DNA of 64,000 nt from Mobula hypostoma (lineage: Eukaryota), in assembly GCF_963921235.1 (NCBI RefSeq), contig NC_086097.1:171556001-171620000 (forward strand). Direction: 5' to 3'. Both the position numbers and the translations under genes were made by a program. Under the pieces are notes generated by a model that did no database searches, was not told the DNA's origin, and saw only the letters and a list, made by a program, of their open reading frames with translations. Of this stretch, positions 27,696-39,735 are shown one piece after another (positions within the stretch are counted from its first letter, which is position 1; the number at the start of each line of letters is the position of its first letter).

Positions 27696-28188
27696 CCATG
27701 CCTGTGTATTTAACATGGAAATTGCTGTGTGCATCTCTGCACAGACGCAGGGGAGTGAAAGAATAGGGTGCAGACAGCAAGCATAAAGAACTAAGAGGGA
27801 GGGGTTGGCCAGTGATAGGTGGGAGATTAGGAGAGGGGAGAGTGGAGGTAGTGACAGAGGCTGGAAGGTATTACGTGGAGGCAACAGCAGATGGAATCTA
27901 ATAGGATAGGAAAATGAGGTGTGGGTTCACGTTAGGAATGTGGTAAGGGTGAAAGGAGCTGAGGTGGGGGTGGAGGCGCCCCACTGGAAGGTGTGTGTTG
28001 GTAATTCACAGATGGAGTGGCTGAGGAAGAGGAGAGAAGCCAGGTGATTGGTGGAAATGGCGAGGGTTATAAGAAAGGTGAGTATGACAGAACCTGGTTT
28101 GATCGGTAGGAGAGAAAGGAAGAGAGTGGGAGCAAGTCACCTGAAACTGGAGAATACAGTATTGTTACTGGCAAGATAGAGAGTATTC

Positions 28189-29591
28189 TCTATATTGATA
28201 GCTTGACATCAGTGGTTGGAAAGTTGTTGGAGTCGATTGTCAAGGGTGAGGTTACAGACTACCTGGAGGCATATGACAAGATAGGCAGAACTCAGCATGG
28301 ATTCCTTAAAGGAAAATCCTGCCTGACAAACCTATTACAATTTTTTGAGGAAATTACTGGTAGGCTAGATATGGGAGATGCAGTGGATGTTGTATATTTG
28401 GATTTTCAGAAGGCCTTTGACAAGGTGCCACACATGAGACTACTTAACAAGATAAAAGCGCATGGAATTATGGGAAAGTTACATACGTGGATAGAACGTT
28501 GGCTGATTGGCAGGAAACAGAGAGTGGGAATAAAGGGATCCTATTCTGGTTGGCTGCCGGTTACCAGTGGTGTTCCACAGGGGTTCGTGTGGGGGCCGCT
28601 TCTTTTTACATTGTACACCAACAATTTGGATTATGGAATAGATGGCGTTGTGGCTAAGTTTGCTGATAATACGAAGATAGGTGGAGGGGCCGGTAGTGCT
28701 GAGGAAACAGAAAGTCTGCAGAGAGACTTGGATAGATTGGAAGAATGGGCAAAGAAGTGGCAAATGAAGTACAATGTTGGAAAGTGTATGGTTATGCACT
28801 TTGGCAGAAGTAATAAACGGGCAGACTATTATTTAAATGGGGAAAGAATTCAAAGTTCTGAGATGCAATGGGACTTGGGAGTCCTTGTACAGGATACCCT
28901 TAAGGTTAACCTCCAGGTTGAGTCGGTGGTGAAGAAGGCGAATGCAATGTTGGCATTCATTTCTAGAGGAATAGAGTATAGGAGCAGGGATGTGATGTTG
29001 AGGCTCTATAAGGCACTGGTTAGACCTCACTTGGAGTACTGTGGGCAGTTTTGGTCTCCTTATTTAAGAAAGGATGTGCTGACGTTGGAGAGGGTACAGA
29101 GAAGATTCACGAGAATGATTCCGGGAATGAGAGGGTTAACGTATGAGGAACGTTTGTCCGCTCTTGGACTGTATTCCTTGGAGTTTTGAAGAATGAGGGG
29201 AGACCTTATAGAAACATTTCGAATGTTGAAAGGCATGGACAGAGTGGATGTGGCAAAGTTGTTTCCCATGATGGGGGAGTCTACTACGAGAGGGCATGAC
29301 TTAAGGATTGAAGGGCGCCCATTCAGAACAGAAATGCAAAGAAATTTTTTTAGCCAGAGGGTGGTGAATCTATGGAATTTGTTGCCACGGGCAGCAGTGG
29401 AGGCCAAGTCATTGGGTGTATTTAAGGCAGAGATTGATAGGTATCTGAGTAGCCAGGGCATCAATGGTTATGGTGAGAAGGCGTGGGAGTGGGACTAAAT
29501 GGGAGAATGGATCAGCTCATGATAAAATGGCAGAGCAGATGCGATAGGCCGAGTGGCCGACTTCTGCTCCTTTGTCTTATGGTCTTATGGT
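28189..29591 (+). mobile_element. Young 5'-truncated CR1
   Basis: ORFs 28203-29189 and 29193-29498 split by a TGA; FADD mutated to FADN; (tcttatgg)n tail; TSD tattc (28184-28188, 29592-29596). Confidence 0.95.
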
Positions 29592-29919
29592 TATTCAGGT
29601 CACCTGAAACCAGAGAATACAGTATTATTGTTGTCAGCCTGTAGACTATTCCGGTCACCTAAAACTGGAGAATACAGTATTATTGCTGTCAGGCTGCAGA
29701 CTGTTCCGCTGACATGAAACTGGAGAATACGGTATTATTGCTGTCAGGGTGTAGACTATTAGGGTCACCTGAAACTGGAGAATACAATATTATTGCTGTC
29801 AGACTGCAGACTATTCGGGTCACCTGAAACCAGAGAATACCATATTATTGCTGGCAGACTGGAGACTATTTGGGTCACCTGAAACTGGAGAAGACTGGCA
29901 GGATGCAGACTATTCGGGT
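29592..29919. repeat. 55-bp minisatellite, about 6 units (plus one unit at 28136-28188)
   Basis: Units start at 29592, 29647, 29702, 29757, 29812 and 29867 (last is 44 bp); consensus tattcgggtcacctgaaactggagaatacagtattattgctgtcaggctgcagac. Confidence 0.95.
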
Positions 29920-29981
29920 GGAATATGAGGTTCTGTTTCTTCAGTCTGCATCCAACTTAAAGTAGGCAGGATAAACCGGAC

Positions 29982-32497
29982 CAGGATTTCTCAGCTGGGG
30001 TTCTGCGAGAGATTGCGATTTAAAAAAAATAAACATCATTTTGTTTTTACTTTGCACGATGTGCTAGCGCCTGTAGTGGTGGGCTGTGACCAAGCAGGCC
30101 CATAGCAATCTTGGTCGCAGTCTCTCAGCCAGTTTGGCAGTGCACAGTGGGACTGTGTTTGAGTCCTCTCCCTCCTGAATTACCTCCCCAAACCTCCCCT
30201 TACTGACTGACTTATGGGATTGAAGTGTAGGAGAAAATTGGAGGTAAATCTTCATTGTATAGATGGTCCACTGTGTGATTTTTGAAGAGGAGGTGTAAGA
30301 TGAAGGTGGAGGATTCTAGGCCTAGGCCTATGGACAATTCTGATGAGGTTAATGATGAAGAATTACAATCTTCTGAGTCATTTCACTGCACTAGTGCAAT
30401 AATGGACACAAAAAGTCCGTATTTACAACAAAAGCTACTTACCAATGGGTTTTACATAGACTGGTGATCCAGGTTGTAAAAGGACTCAAGAAGCGAGTTA
30501 CTTAGTAACAGAACTTATTGCCCAGAAAAGGAAAAGTCACACAGTTGGTGAGAACATAAAGATGCCAGCATGTAAAATTATAGTGGCTGAAAGACTAGGA
30601 CAAAATGAAGTATGAGAAATTGAAAAGGGTTCACTTTCAAACAAGACGATAAGTTGACATATTGATGACATGTCACATGATGCATAAGATGTCTTGTGTG
30701 AGAAACTGAAAAACAGCAGCTTCTCTATCCAGGTTGAGGAGTCAACAGATTTCACCAATAAATGTCATATTGTAGCATTTGTAAGATTTGTAAATGATGG
30801 TGAAATTCAAGAAAACTTTTTTTCTGTTGTAAAGAGCTGCCCAAAGCAAGTAAAAAACCATGATACGTTTAATGTTTTGCCATCATATCTGGAAACAAAA
30901 AGTCTGACTTGGAGGAACTGTATTGACATCTGTATTGATAGTGCCCCATCAATGGTTAGCTCGATGAGAGGTTTTGTTTCTCTTGTTAAAATAAAAGGAA
31001 ATCCTGACATTGTCACAACACACTGCTTTCTTCACAGAGAGGAGCTGATGTCAAAAACTCTTGGAGATGAAATGAAAAACGTTCGGAATGATGCTACAGA
31101 AATGGTTAACTTTTTAAACAAAGACCAGTTTACTCAAGAATGTTTGAAAAAATGCATAGAAACCCAGACAAAGAACACACCAATCTCTTGCTACATATGG
31201 AAATCTGACGGTTTAGCAGAGGAAGTATTCTCAACGGGGTGTTTGAGCTGAAGGGTGAATTGCAGGAGAGACATTCACAAAAGTTATAGGCCAGATCTTG
31301 CTGAGTGCATTGAAGATGAAGAATGGCTGCAGAAATTAGCCTACTTAATAGTTATTTTTCATCATATGAACTAGTTGAACAAGTTTTTACAAGGGCCTGG
31401 AGAAAATATTTTGACTACAGGTGACAAGATTCTTGAATTTAAAAGGAAATTGAATCTTTGAAAAAATATGTTGCAAAAGCAAATCTTGAAATGTTTCCAC
31501 TGCTGCTTGGGTTTGAGAATGAGGAAAGATATCAGAAAGTTTCAAGTCTTATTGGAAACCACCTGGAAGAACTGCAGAAAAATTTGAACAATATTTTTCC
31601 TCCCTTTGAACACAAGTGTACGACTGGGTGAGGAACCTTTCTCTGAATCTTCTGCTCAGCTTGAGAACTTCTCTTTGAGAAAATAGGAAGAACTTTGTGA
31701 GATGCAGTCTGATCAGGCACTCAAGATTATATTTACTGATCTGCCCCTAGACAATTTTTGAATTTCTGAGAAAGAAGAGTATCCTGCCATTCATAGGAAA
31801 GCAATGAACATTTTGCTGCAGTTTTCAACTTCTTGACAAACATCAAGAGCAAGGATAGAAATCGCCTCATTTCAGTTGAAAGTGAAGTCCGTGTGTACTT
31901 GAATTGAGTATTTGTGCAGCAAAAAACAAGCTCAGGTTTCACACGCTAGGCCTGGATTTGAGTCTGATGATGTTACTAAATAAGAAAATGTTTTTTTCAA
32001 AATCCTGCATAAAATTGTGTCTTAGGCTATATTTTTATTTATATTGCTTTGGCTTATGGTTTTCAGTAACTTCACTATTTAACATGGTCAATAAATTTTC
32101 ATGTCGTAAATAGCATTAATTAAAATCAATTTATAGCCTTTATTTAAAAGAAATCTACTGAGCCTACCTTTAGAAAATTAAATCTCATTTTGGCTTAAGC
32201 CAGTTATTTAACAGAAGTTTATGTTTGCCTTAGAGTTTTTAAAATTTATAAAAGGGTAAGAAAGCGACTAATTTCAAAAAAAGTAAGCTAAACATAACTA
32301 CCTGTGTTTTTTTCAAGAAAGGCTGGCTAAAAATTCATTCTCTACTAGACAATTATTTTTGGATTATTATATCTACAAATTATTGATCACGCTAATGTAT
32401 TGTGAGCTGTAGATATAATAATTTTTACACAGGGGTTCCCTGAGACCTGAAAATTATTCCAAGGGTTCCTCTAGGGCAAAAAGGTTGAGAAAGGCTG
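29982..32497 (+). mobile_element. hAT (Buster/Charlie) DNA transposon with decayed transposase
   Basis: TIRs caggatttctcagc / gttgagaaaggctg; remnants 'ELIAQKRKSHTVGE', 'FSIQVEESTD..VRFV', 'CIDICIDSAPSM', 'THCFLHRE' (ZBED5/SCAND3/FAM200-type); multiple stops. Confidence 0.9.
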
Positions 32498-32899
32498 AGA
32501 AAGACTTTGTCTTTCAATTGTTTTCTATCAGACAAATCACAAAGGACTGGGACATCTGCCATAGTGGTGTTGACCAAAGCAGAGTCAATTCTGATAGCAT
32601 GTGACATATGACTTCACTGGTTACTTTATGGGTTAAGCAGGAATAAGTCATAGAGAGATACAATTAGGAAACCATTTGACCATTGGACCAATGGACCTTC
32701 AGGCATTTGAGCCTGTGCCCACTATCAGCCACCCATTTACACTAATCCTATTTTAGCCCACATACCCATCAAATTCCCCAGATTCACCACTCACCAATTT
32801 TCAGCAGCCAATGAACATTCCAACCTCTGCATCTTTGGGATGTGGGAGGAAACTCAGGCATTCGGAGGACACATATGTAGTGTGATTAAAGCTAATTTT

Positions 32900-33365
32900 T
32901 ATCTTTATCAGTCCAAGGCTGGAAAGACAAAAATGATGCTAGTGATGAAATGCTTAACATATGAGGGGTATTTGATAGCTCTGGATGTGCACTCAGCAGA
33001 GTTCTGAGGGGTGACCGGGATCTCAACGGAAGCTGACAAATGCTGAAAGGTGTGGGTGGAGTTGATGTGTTAAGTCTAGGATGCAAGGACACATTCTCAG
33101 AATGAAGGGATGACCCTTTGGAACTAAGATAAGGAGGAATTTCTTCAGAGGATGGTGTATCCTTGGAATGGGTCACTACAAAGAACTGTAGAGGCTAAGT
33201 ATCTGGGTGTATTGAAGGCATAGATTGTTAGGTTCTTGCTTAATATGGGAGTTAAGGGATACAGGGAGAAGGCAGGACAATGGAACTAAAAATAAAACAG
33301 CAATGACTGAATAGTGGAGCAGGCTCAATTCAGATTAATTCTGCTCCTATACATACGTATGACCT
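32900..33365 (+). mobile_element. Old CR1 3' fragment nested in a minus-strand SINE (about 32650-33450)
   Basis: CR1 tail homology; SINE halves on both sides (tgggatgtgggaggaaac .. gtcacagggagaa). Confidence 0.55.
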
Positions 33366-34719
33366 TACAGATGTCACAGGGAGAAGATAGAGGCTCCAAG
33401 CAGACAAGACCAGAAGTCAAGAACAAATGAGAGTCTTTGACACTGTGAGTGTGCTTTCAAGTAAGGATATGATAAATGAGTAGAAGTGGACATTACAGCC
33501 ACTTCAGAGGGATCTTCCTTTTAACGTTTGATTTTTAGAGATTCACCACTGGTTTAATTTACTCAGCTCTCCAAAGCCTGTTCAATTGAATACACGTGAA
33601 AATAATGTTACAATGTGCAATTAATAGTCTCCGTTAGATCTCCTGATGCAAGTATACCCATGGGATGACATTACACAGCCCAATCTGTCATTAAAAAAAC
33701 CTTCTCTCTTCCAGTGACTCTGTCTACACTTCCCACTGCAGAAAACCTACTTTTCTCATTTATGTAAAAACTGGCCAACGCTGCTGGAAGCGTATCAACC
33801 TGCAGCACTAACTCAGTTTATTTTTCTCTTTCCAAAGATACTGCCTGACCTCCTCAATATTTCCATGCTGTCTAGCTTTTACTTCAGTGCAAGGGCAGTT
33901 TGGAACTGCTCTTGCTGACGTGTCTCAGACCAGAGGGCATAGGTTTAAAGGTAACGTTTCTGGGTCACTTGGGGATTCCAGAGAGTCATTGCAATCTGAA
34001 ACATTCTCTGTGTGTGGTGTAGGCAGGTACTCTTAGAAAGTTTAAGAAGCAACTGGACAAACACCAAGGTATCATGCAAGGACCAAGGAGCAGTATGGCT
34101 CTGGATAGGCCATTCAGCCCATAATGCCATGCTGATCTTAATGTCCATTTATACTAAATGTTATCTTCCTGTCCATCATCCATATCCCATCAGCTGGTAA
34201 ATGTGATTAGACCAGGTATATGTGTGATACTCAGCATGGTCTTGATAGGCTGATATGGCTCACTGACTCTCTGGTAATATGATTCAAGCTCTTCTGAGGC
34301 ATGTAACAGCTAAGACTTTCATGGAAGGAGTTATAAACAATTTTTAATTTGGAAGTCTCGTCTATGTTAGAATTAATTCATTTCTTTAAAACATGATTAT
34401 TTTATTTTACTCAATAACGAAAGCACCACTCCATAAAAAAGCAAATATTAAATGGCTTTGAAATGTTTTAGTAATCACATTGGACACTGTTTTAGCTTCT
34501 GATTAAAATTAATCTTTATTTTTACACAAAGTAATATGCTAAATTACTTTATGCATTTCGCACATTCATTAAAAGATGGCAGAAGAGATTAGTTTAACTG
34601 ATTATTTAGTTGACTAATGGGTAATGAGATATTGTCTCCATGATCTTTTCTGCAGTGCAGCCTGAGTTGTAACCTCCCTCTGGCTGGAGTCTGACAAAGT
34701 GGCTGCCAACTGTCACCAT

Positions 34720-35205
34720 GCTATAGCAAAGACATCACCAAGCTGGAAAGAATGCAAAGAAGATTTATGAAAATTCTGCCAGGTACAGAGGGCTGGAGTT
34801 ACAGGGAGAGGTTGTTCAGGCTAGCTCATTATTCTCTGTTATGTAGGAGAGTGAGGGTTGACTTTAGAGAAATGTTGAAAATTAAGGGACCAATAAGCTA
34901 GATGGTAGCTAGAAGGTAAGGGAGTCCAAAACTAGGGCTGTGGATTTAGGGCAAGAGAAGGAAAGATTTCAAAGGGATCTTAGGGTCAACTTTTTCACTC
35001 AGAGGGTAGTGAATGTATGGGATGAACTGCCAGAGGAAGTGGTTGAGGCAAGTATAATCATATCATTTAAGAAAGACCTGGTTAGACACATGAGGGGTGG
35101 GGGCTTGAGTTAGATGCAAGAAAATGGGACTAGCTGGGCAGACAACTTTGTCAGCTTGGACTGGTTGGGTCAAAGGGCCTGTAAATATGTTATATTAGTC
35201 TATGA
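34720..35205 (+). mobile_element. Old CR1 3' fragment
   Basis: 'KLERMQRRF', 'NFFTQRVVNVWDELPEEVV'. Confidence 0.7.
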
Positions 35206-35231
35206 CTGAGTCTAATTCGCCTTATGGTGTG

Positions 35232-35796
35232 TGTAACTCTCGCTTCGGCTAGTGGATTAATACAGGGCGTGACAGCCCCCGGCCTGGCCAAACTTAAGAA
35301 ATCTCATTTGGGTGGATGCTGCACGATGTGTCCCTTGTTACAAATTAGTACCCTGAAATAACAAACAGTACACAATATGCGATTAAACTATAGGCTTTAT
35401 AATTCTTACTTTGGCTATATGGTTAGTAAAGAAACAAAAAAAAAGGGAAAAAAAGGCCCAATCTTATTAAACAGTCTGTGTGCAATGTTGGAGCTCACTG
35501 ATAAGTCGATCGTCCACCATCCACTTCCTCCAATCGTCGCTGCCCTTCGGACCCTCGCTCCAAGTCCACCCCATCTGGTGGTCTACCAACTCTCCCCATT
35601 CGAGTCTTCTCTCCTCGTCTCTCCCTGGCAAAAGATCGTGAAAATCTCTCTTCCAGCTCACAAGAAAGAACAACAGCATTCCAAACCCCATAATCTCTAG
35701 TCATAACCCAAACATTGCTGCTACAGAGAAACCATTATATTATCAGTGAAACCTTACAGCGTGTTACACAGCAGTGAAACCCTACAGCATGTTACA
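35232..35796. mobile_element. Putative solo LTR
   Basis: Termini TGTAAC...GTTACA; 4-bp flanks tgtg/tatg (one mismatch); relatively CpG-rich; no ORF of note. Confidence 0.6.
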
Positions 35797-35822
35797 TATG
35801 TAATAAGTCACCATTGCAATCT

Positions 35823-36050
35823 TCAAGATGCTGGAGGAACTCAACAGGTCAGGCAGTTCCTATGGAGGGAAATGGATAGTCAATGTTTCGGGTCACAACA
35901 CTTCATCTGCAGTCTTCCTCTCCAAACACAGGATCTTAACCTTGAAATGTCGACTGTCCAATCCCCTTCACAGATGCTGTCTGACCTGTGAACTCCTCCA
36001 GCATCTTGAGTCTTGCTCCAGATTCCAACATCTACATTCTCTTGTGCCTC
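35823..36050. mobile_element. Penelope-derived palindromic element
   Basis: Perfect 16-bp IR tcaagatgctggagga (35823) / tcctccagcatcttga (35994-36009), extending imperfectly about 60 bp; hammerhead-like remnants at the inner ends. Confidence 0.75.
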
Positions 36051-37110
36051 TGCTTACCATGAGGAGACTGGAGACTGGAGGATGTAGATGCTTGACTGAA
36101 GGCAGTTTCTCAGTCACTGCAATGCATCGATCCTTACAGGTTAGACAGTGAATTCATTAACAGAGAGCCCAGCCCAAACAACAGGCAGCTCATTGACAGA
36201 GGCAGGAGTCCTTGTCGAAGGTAGTTGATTCTGCACACATGAGAGCTTAAGCCCCATTCGTGCTGAGCTTGTCAAGGTTCTGCAACAAACAAATGATGCA
36301 GTGCAGAATTAAGCAACAAGAAAATCCTTCCTGGAACTTCCTCACATTTATTATGTAACTGTTTCCTTTTTACTTCAAGAGACTCCCTCATCACTGAAAA
36401 GGGTTGCATCACTTTTTAATGCACTGTCTTATTACTGCAAACCCTTATAAATTATAGACCAGTGGCAATCTTCCACCTTCTCTAAGGAACAAACTTGCAT
36501 CTCAATGATATTTTGTGACTTTATTGAACTTGAGGCTTTCCAAACCATCCTCATCTTTCGAAGTACTTTTGAGCTCCTACATACTATGGGGAAAATACCA
36601 GCTAGTAATCTGCATGGGCAGAAAAGAGAAGGTGATGAAATAATCCATGTACTATTAACGATAATTGAGAGATAATTAATGACAAGGATACCTTCAGCAT
36701 AGTGTTTCGATTGGGTTATTATTGGCACATGTACTGAGTTACAGTCAGAAGCTTTACTTTTGAGTGCCATCCTGAAGGATCATTCCATGCATAAGTACAC
36801 TGAGGCTGTAAAAGGACAACAGAATGCAGACTATAGTGTTACAGTTACAGAGAAGGCACAGTGCAGATAGCAAATAAATTCAAGGGCCATGGTGACATAG
36901 AGCGGGAGATGAAGGTCACAGCATTTAAAGTAGGAGAGGCCTGTTCAGGACATAACAATGGGATAGAAGCTGCCGTTGAGTCTGGTGGTATTGCTGTCAA
37001 GCATTTGGGTTTGCAGCCTGATGGAAGAGGGGAGATAAGGGGATGACTAGAATTGGGAGGTGGAGGGGTCCTTGATGTGATGGCTGTTTCACCAAGGCAG
37101 CGTGAAATCC

Positions 37111-37225
37111 GTCCTGATGAAGGGTCAGGGTCCAAAATGTCGGCTGTTTATTTCCAGCCACAAATGCTCCCTGACCTGCTGAATTCTTCCAGCATTTTGT
37201 GTGTGATGCTCAAGGTCTCCAGCAT
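37111..37225 (+). mobile_element. Penelope-like terminal fragment with decayed hammerhead core
   Basis: gtc-CTGATGA-agggtcagggtcc-AAAAT-GTC-ggctg then the family body ctgacctgctgaattcttccagca. Confidence 0.7.
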
Positions 37226-37483
37226 CAAAGCTCAAAGTAAATTTATTATCAAAGTACAAATATGTCGCTATATACAACAGAGAGATTCATTTTCTTATGG
37301 GAATACCCAATAAATTTAATAACCATAATAAAATCAATGAAAGATAACTAATGTACAAAAGACAAAAAACTGTGCAAATACAAAAAGAGAAAAAAGAAAT
37401 AATAATAATAATAAATACATAGGAGGTTGACAAGCAAAGAAAGTAGATCATGGAGTGATAAAGGGAAAACTTTTGACAGAATT

Positions 37484-38995
37484 TAGACCATAAGCCATAG
37501 GAGCAGAATTAGGCTATTCTGTCCTTGGAATCTGCTCTGCTATTTCACCATGGCTGATCAATTTCCCTCTTAACCCATTTTCCTGCCTTCTCCCCATAAC
37601 CTTTCATGCCCTAACTCATCAAGAACATACAAAATCTGCCTTAATACACATAATGGCCTGGCCTCCACAGCTGCTTGTGGCAATGTCCCACTATTCTGAG
37701 GCTGTGTCCTTTGGTCTGAGACTCCCCCACCTTAGGAAACATCCTCTCCACATCCACTCTATCTAGACCTTTCAACATTCGACAGGTTTCAATGTGATCC
37801 TCCCTCATTTATCTAAATTCCAGTGAGTAAAGGCCCAGAGCCATCAATCGCCATCGCTCCTCATATGATAAGCCTTTCATTCCTGGAATCATTCTTGTGA
37901 ACCTCCTCTAAACTCTCTGATGACAGAACATCCTTTCTTAATTATGAGGCCCAAAACTGCTCATAATACTCCAAGTGATGCTTCACCAGTGCTTTATAAA
38001 GCCTTAGCATTATATCTTTGCTTTTATATTCTAGTCCTCTGGAAATGAATATTAACATTGTATTTGCCTTCCTCACCATTGACTCAACCTGCAAAATAAT
38101 CTTTAGGGAATCCAAATAAGGACTTCTAAGTCCCTTTGCACCTCGAATATTTGAATTTTCTCCCCGTTTAGGAAACAGTTTTTACTTTTATTCCTTCAAC
38201 CAAAGTGCGTAACCATACACTTCTCAAAACTGTATTCCATTTGCCACTTCTTAATCCATTCTCCTAATCTGTCTAAATCCTTCTGTAGTCTCCTTGCTCC
38301 TCAACACTGCCTGTACCTCTACATATCTTTGTATTGTCTGCAAACTCGGCCACAGAGCCATCAATTCTGACATCTAAAATCAACCATTGTGGGACGCCAC
38401 TAGTCACAGGCAGTCATCAGAAAATGCTTCCTTTATTCCCGCTCTTTAATTCCTATCAGCCAATGCTCTGTCCATACTAGTATCTTTCCTGTAATACCAT
38501 GGGCAGCACCTTGAGCGGTCTCATGAGCGGCACCTTGTCAAAGGCCTTCTGAAAATCCAAGTACATAACATCTTCCAATTCTCCTTTGTTATTTCTTCAA
38601 AGTATTCCAAACGATTTTTCAGGCAAGATTTTCCCTTGAGAAAACCATGCTGACTTTGGCCTATTTTACTATATGCCTCCAAGTACAATCTTAACAAAAA
38701 GCCACATCCTTAACAATCAATTCCAACATCTTCTCAGTCACTGAGATCAAGCTAACTGGCATATAATTTCCTTTCTTCTGACCACCTCCCTTCTTGAACG
38801 GTGGAGTGACATTTGGAATTCTTCAGTCCTCTAGAACTAATGCCTCCGGAATCTCTTCAGCCAACACTTTCAGAACTCTGATGTGTACACCATCTGGTGC
38901 AGGTGATTTATCTACCTCCAGACCTTTCAGTTGCCCAAGAACCTTCTCTCTAGTAATGGTAACTTCACACACTTCATGACCCCTGACACTTGGAA
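37484..38995 (-). mobile_element. Degenerate CR1 (RT region), same subfamily as 10995-15190
   Basis: Collinear homology with about 11000-12910 (ccttgtcaaaggccttctgaaaatc; ttcccttgagaaaaccatgctga). Confidence 0.85.
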
Positions 38996-39735
38996 CTCAA
39001 AGCTGGAGACCTCTTCCCAGAAATCGTGACAATTCAGGACCAGATGGTTAACACAAAACTTATCAAAAATATATAATAAGGGATCATCAAATTCAATATA
39101 ATAAACATAGAAAAGGCCAAGAGAAACCTGAAACAATCCAACACATTACAGGAACCTGCAGCACTTTAGCTCAATCTGATTACCTAGGCAGGCACAATCA
39201 AGTGGGAAAATCAGTCACCAAAATCTTTGCTCTAAAATACAAACTCATAAAAGGCAACATACCTTACTATAAATACAAGCATGATCCAGTTTTAGAGTTG
39301 GAATCCTTCAGATTATATAATGACTGATTCATTATTGTAGATAGGAGAATACATAATAATCATCCGGATATAATGTTACAGGATAAACAAGCAAGAACAA
39401 TTTACTTAATAGATATAACCATTCCAAACACACATAACATACAGAAATCAATAAATGAAAAATATCAGCAATATGCTGAATTAAAGGAGGAAATTGAAAG
39501 ACTATGGAACACAAACAGGCTATACATTATCTCAACAGATATTCCTACAACTGGTATCATCCCAAAGTCATTACACAATAGCACCAAACAATTAGGGCTA
39601 CAAAAATATTTCTGTAAGTCCCCAGAAAGCTACAATACTAAACGTCACGAGAATAGTCCAATAGTAATTGAGAAATGAATGTGCTTGGCTATGCCCTTCC
39701 CTCAGGTTTTACCAGCTTGAGCTGGAGAGAAAAAG
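38996..39735 (+). mobile_element. R4/Dong-clade non-LTR retrotransposon 3' fragment (restriction-like endonuclease)
   Basis: 'GDLFPE..IQDQ', 'ETIQHITGTC..LAQSDYLGRHNQV' (zinc knuckle + RHN), 'HPDIMLQDKQARTIYLIDITIP..EKYQQYAEL' (PD-D-K..Y RLE motif), 'TTGIIPKSL'. Confidence 0.85.

Larger units (their letters stand above)
27730..29950 (-). mobile_element. Penelope-like element 3' remnant (GIY-YIG C-terminus + pyrimidine-rich UTR), interrupted by CR1
   Basis: Minus-strand reading 'RLKKQNLIFHPNSL..' continuing through the repeat unit to 'FSSFR*', resembling the PLE endonuclease C-terminus (R..EQ..IF.L.SL.P.G.N); purine-rich plus strand at 27730-28135. Confidence 0.55.

Noticed and set aside
29060..29464. 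Antisense ORFs recurring at several loci (also 5282-5707, 43136-43345, 43606-43926)
   Set aside because: Shadow frames of CR1 ORF2; recurrence simply reflects repeat homology
29592..29919. CRISPR-like regularly spaced repeats
   Set aside because: Whole 55-bp units are homologous with no unique spacers, there are no cas genes, and the context is eukaryotic; it is a minisatellite
30694..31251. ZBED5/SCAND3/FAM200 host gene
   Set aside because: Multiple stops and frameshifts, and bounded by TIRs; a transposon fossil
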